Part shown: positions 62,526 to 64,000 of the stretch, one piece after another
How positions within the stretch are numbered: position 1 is the stretch's first letter
Layout of the letters: the number at the start of each line of letters is the position of its first letter
Source of the DNA: Phoronis australis
Taxonomy: Eukaryota; Animalia; Phoronida
DNA length: 64,000 nucleotides
NCBI GenBank assembly: GCA_002633005.1
Contig: NMRA01000267.1
Coordinates: 471,939-535,938, forward strand
Direction of reading: 5' to 3'
Made by a program: the position numbers and the translations under genes
Notes under the pieces: generated by a model
Told to the model about the DNA's origin: nothing
The model's input: only the letters and a program-made list of their open reading frames with translations
Database searches by the model: none

Positions 62526-62959
62526 CCCGCTTGGCAACTTTGAACTTTTTGACGGCCAACTGAAATCGCACCCGGTTTCTCAGATTACAGGCGGTGAAAG
62601 CAAACTGCAGCCGCCATTTTGCATCAATTAATTAGGTCACGATTAAAAAACTTGGCTTTTCTCATTCAAAAGCACAAGCACATCAGTTTCCTTGAAATCA
62701 TTTTCAACGCAGTCCTCAAAACAACCGCCAATCCTGTCGGCGTTGAATAAAACTCGTTGTCTTCAGAGGCTCCTTGAAATTGTCACTTTTTTCCTGGGAG
62801 TAATTATAGACCGGGATCCCAGAGCTTTTTTGGGCATGAAAAGGTAACCAATTTTCTTTGGTGCCACAGTGCTCTGTAGGTATCCTGAAGCTTGGAAATG
62901 GCCGTCTGGCAGGTTCGCTCTGGTGGGTGTGGTCAGGGGAGCTAAGAGAATTACACTCA

Positions 62960-63590
62960 AAAATTAAGCTAGATCAACTTTTCTGGTAACCACTTAAAAC
63001 TGCCTTCGATACCTGCTACGTCATCCATTGTATCAAAATTGGTCAATGCCAGACAATTTCAGTGGAGGGGAGTACCCGCCAGACGAACATATACGGGGTA
63101 CAAAAATTGAGCTAGATCAATCCAAGAGGTAACAGCTTGAAACCAGTCGCAAAATATTCACCGTAAGCCCAGGTATCACGAATGAGCACTGCCAGACAAA
63201 TCTAGTGGTGGGTTACCCCCGCCAGACACGCCCAAATACCTGAATTGAGCTAGATCACCCATCAGGTAACTGTTTGAAACCAATTGCACGATGTTCAGCA
63301 TCACTGGACATGGCACAACAGCTACATGTAGATGCCAGACAATTTCAGTGGTGGGGTGCCCCTGCCAGACGATTATCAAAAAGGGTTAAAAATTGAGCTA
63401 GATCAACCCAAGAGGTAACTGCCTAAAACCAGTTGCAAAATATTCGCCGTAAGCCCAGGTATGAAGAATAAAACATGCCAGACAAATCTAGTGGTGGGTT
63501 ATCCCCGCCAGACACGCCCAAGTACCTGAGTTGAGCTAGATCAACCCGCCAGGTAACCGCTTGAAACCATTTGCATAATGTCGAGCAACA
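62960..63590. repeat. ~140-bp tandem satellite with alternating A/B monomers (~286-bp dimer)
   Basis: (G)AGCTAGATCA at ~62968, 63109, 63247, 63395 and 63533; units alternate TGCCAGACAATTTCAGTGG and TGCCAGACAAATCTAGTGG. Confidence 0.85.
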
Positions 63591-64000
63591 TTCTGCATGC
63601 AATAAAAGTTACTTTAAAGACATTTTTAGCGGTGGGACAGTAGCGTGCAGAGGTTTGATCGATGTAAGGGCGACTTTTTTTAGACGCCCCTATCTCTCTA
63701 CTCAAATGCATATATCCTATTCAGGCCCGTAGCCAGCATGGTGGTTCGAGTTTCAAGAACGGTGGATCTTGGTATTTTGCAAACGTCGACACTGTAGAGT
63801 TTTCGGTGATGCCTTTGACGCAGCTTAATTAGGGGGAAGGGAAATCTGTATACATGACAAAGACTCATGTTCATGAGATGAGACGGAATTTGAAATACCA
63901 GATACGAGGATGCTGTGACGGTTGCTCGCAAAGAACGGGACACAAATTAGGATGTAATGTGGTCCAAAAAGAGATCATTTCCTGCCGAAGTTTCAAATCA

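Noticed and set aside
62960-63590. Regularly spaced GAGCTAGATCA words as a CRISPR-like array
   Set aside because: The intervening sequences are homologous to each other rather than unique spacers, there are no cas genes, and the context is eukaryotic.

Overview
This is AT-rich, repeat-dense eukaryotic DNA. The spliceosomal GT-AG exons, LINE and DNA-transposon families and ShK/MAM/discoidin exons suggest a marine invertebrate (inference). I see no prokaryotic genes, RNA genes or CRISPR arrays, and no clearly intact host gene. Main contents: (1) a spliced, decaying minus-strand gene at ~36058-54563 that the ORF track largely misses, with EGF-TSP1-MAM-Pro/Thr linker-ShK-linker-tyrosinase-like CuA exon, then tandemly duplicated ShK modules and a C-terminal F5/8-type C domain; (2) a spliced Myb/SANT-like (Harbinger/NAIF1-type) pseudogene at 8873-17080 (-), whose first intron holds (3) a CR1-group LINE with a canonical 2A StopGo motif (LLLAGDVEENPGP) at the start of ORF2; (4) an older related CR1-group copy with a decayed 2A; (5) an RTE-X-like LINE whose ORF1 and ORF2 are in frame across a single CAA-TAG-CAA once a Harbinger-type MITE is removed; (6) two Kolobok-type THAP-bearing elements, a Sola3-type element, a hAT remnant, four MITEs with 5-bp TSDs, a 1.55-kb foldback and several tandem repeats. 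All translations and alignments were done by eye. Exon and TSD coordinates were counted from the sequence; degenerate repeat boundaries are approximate.
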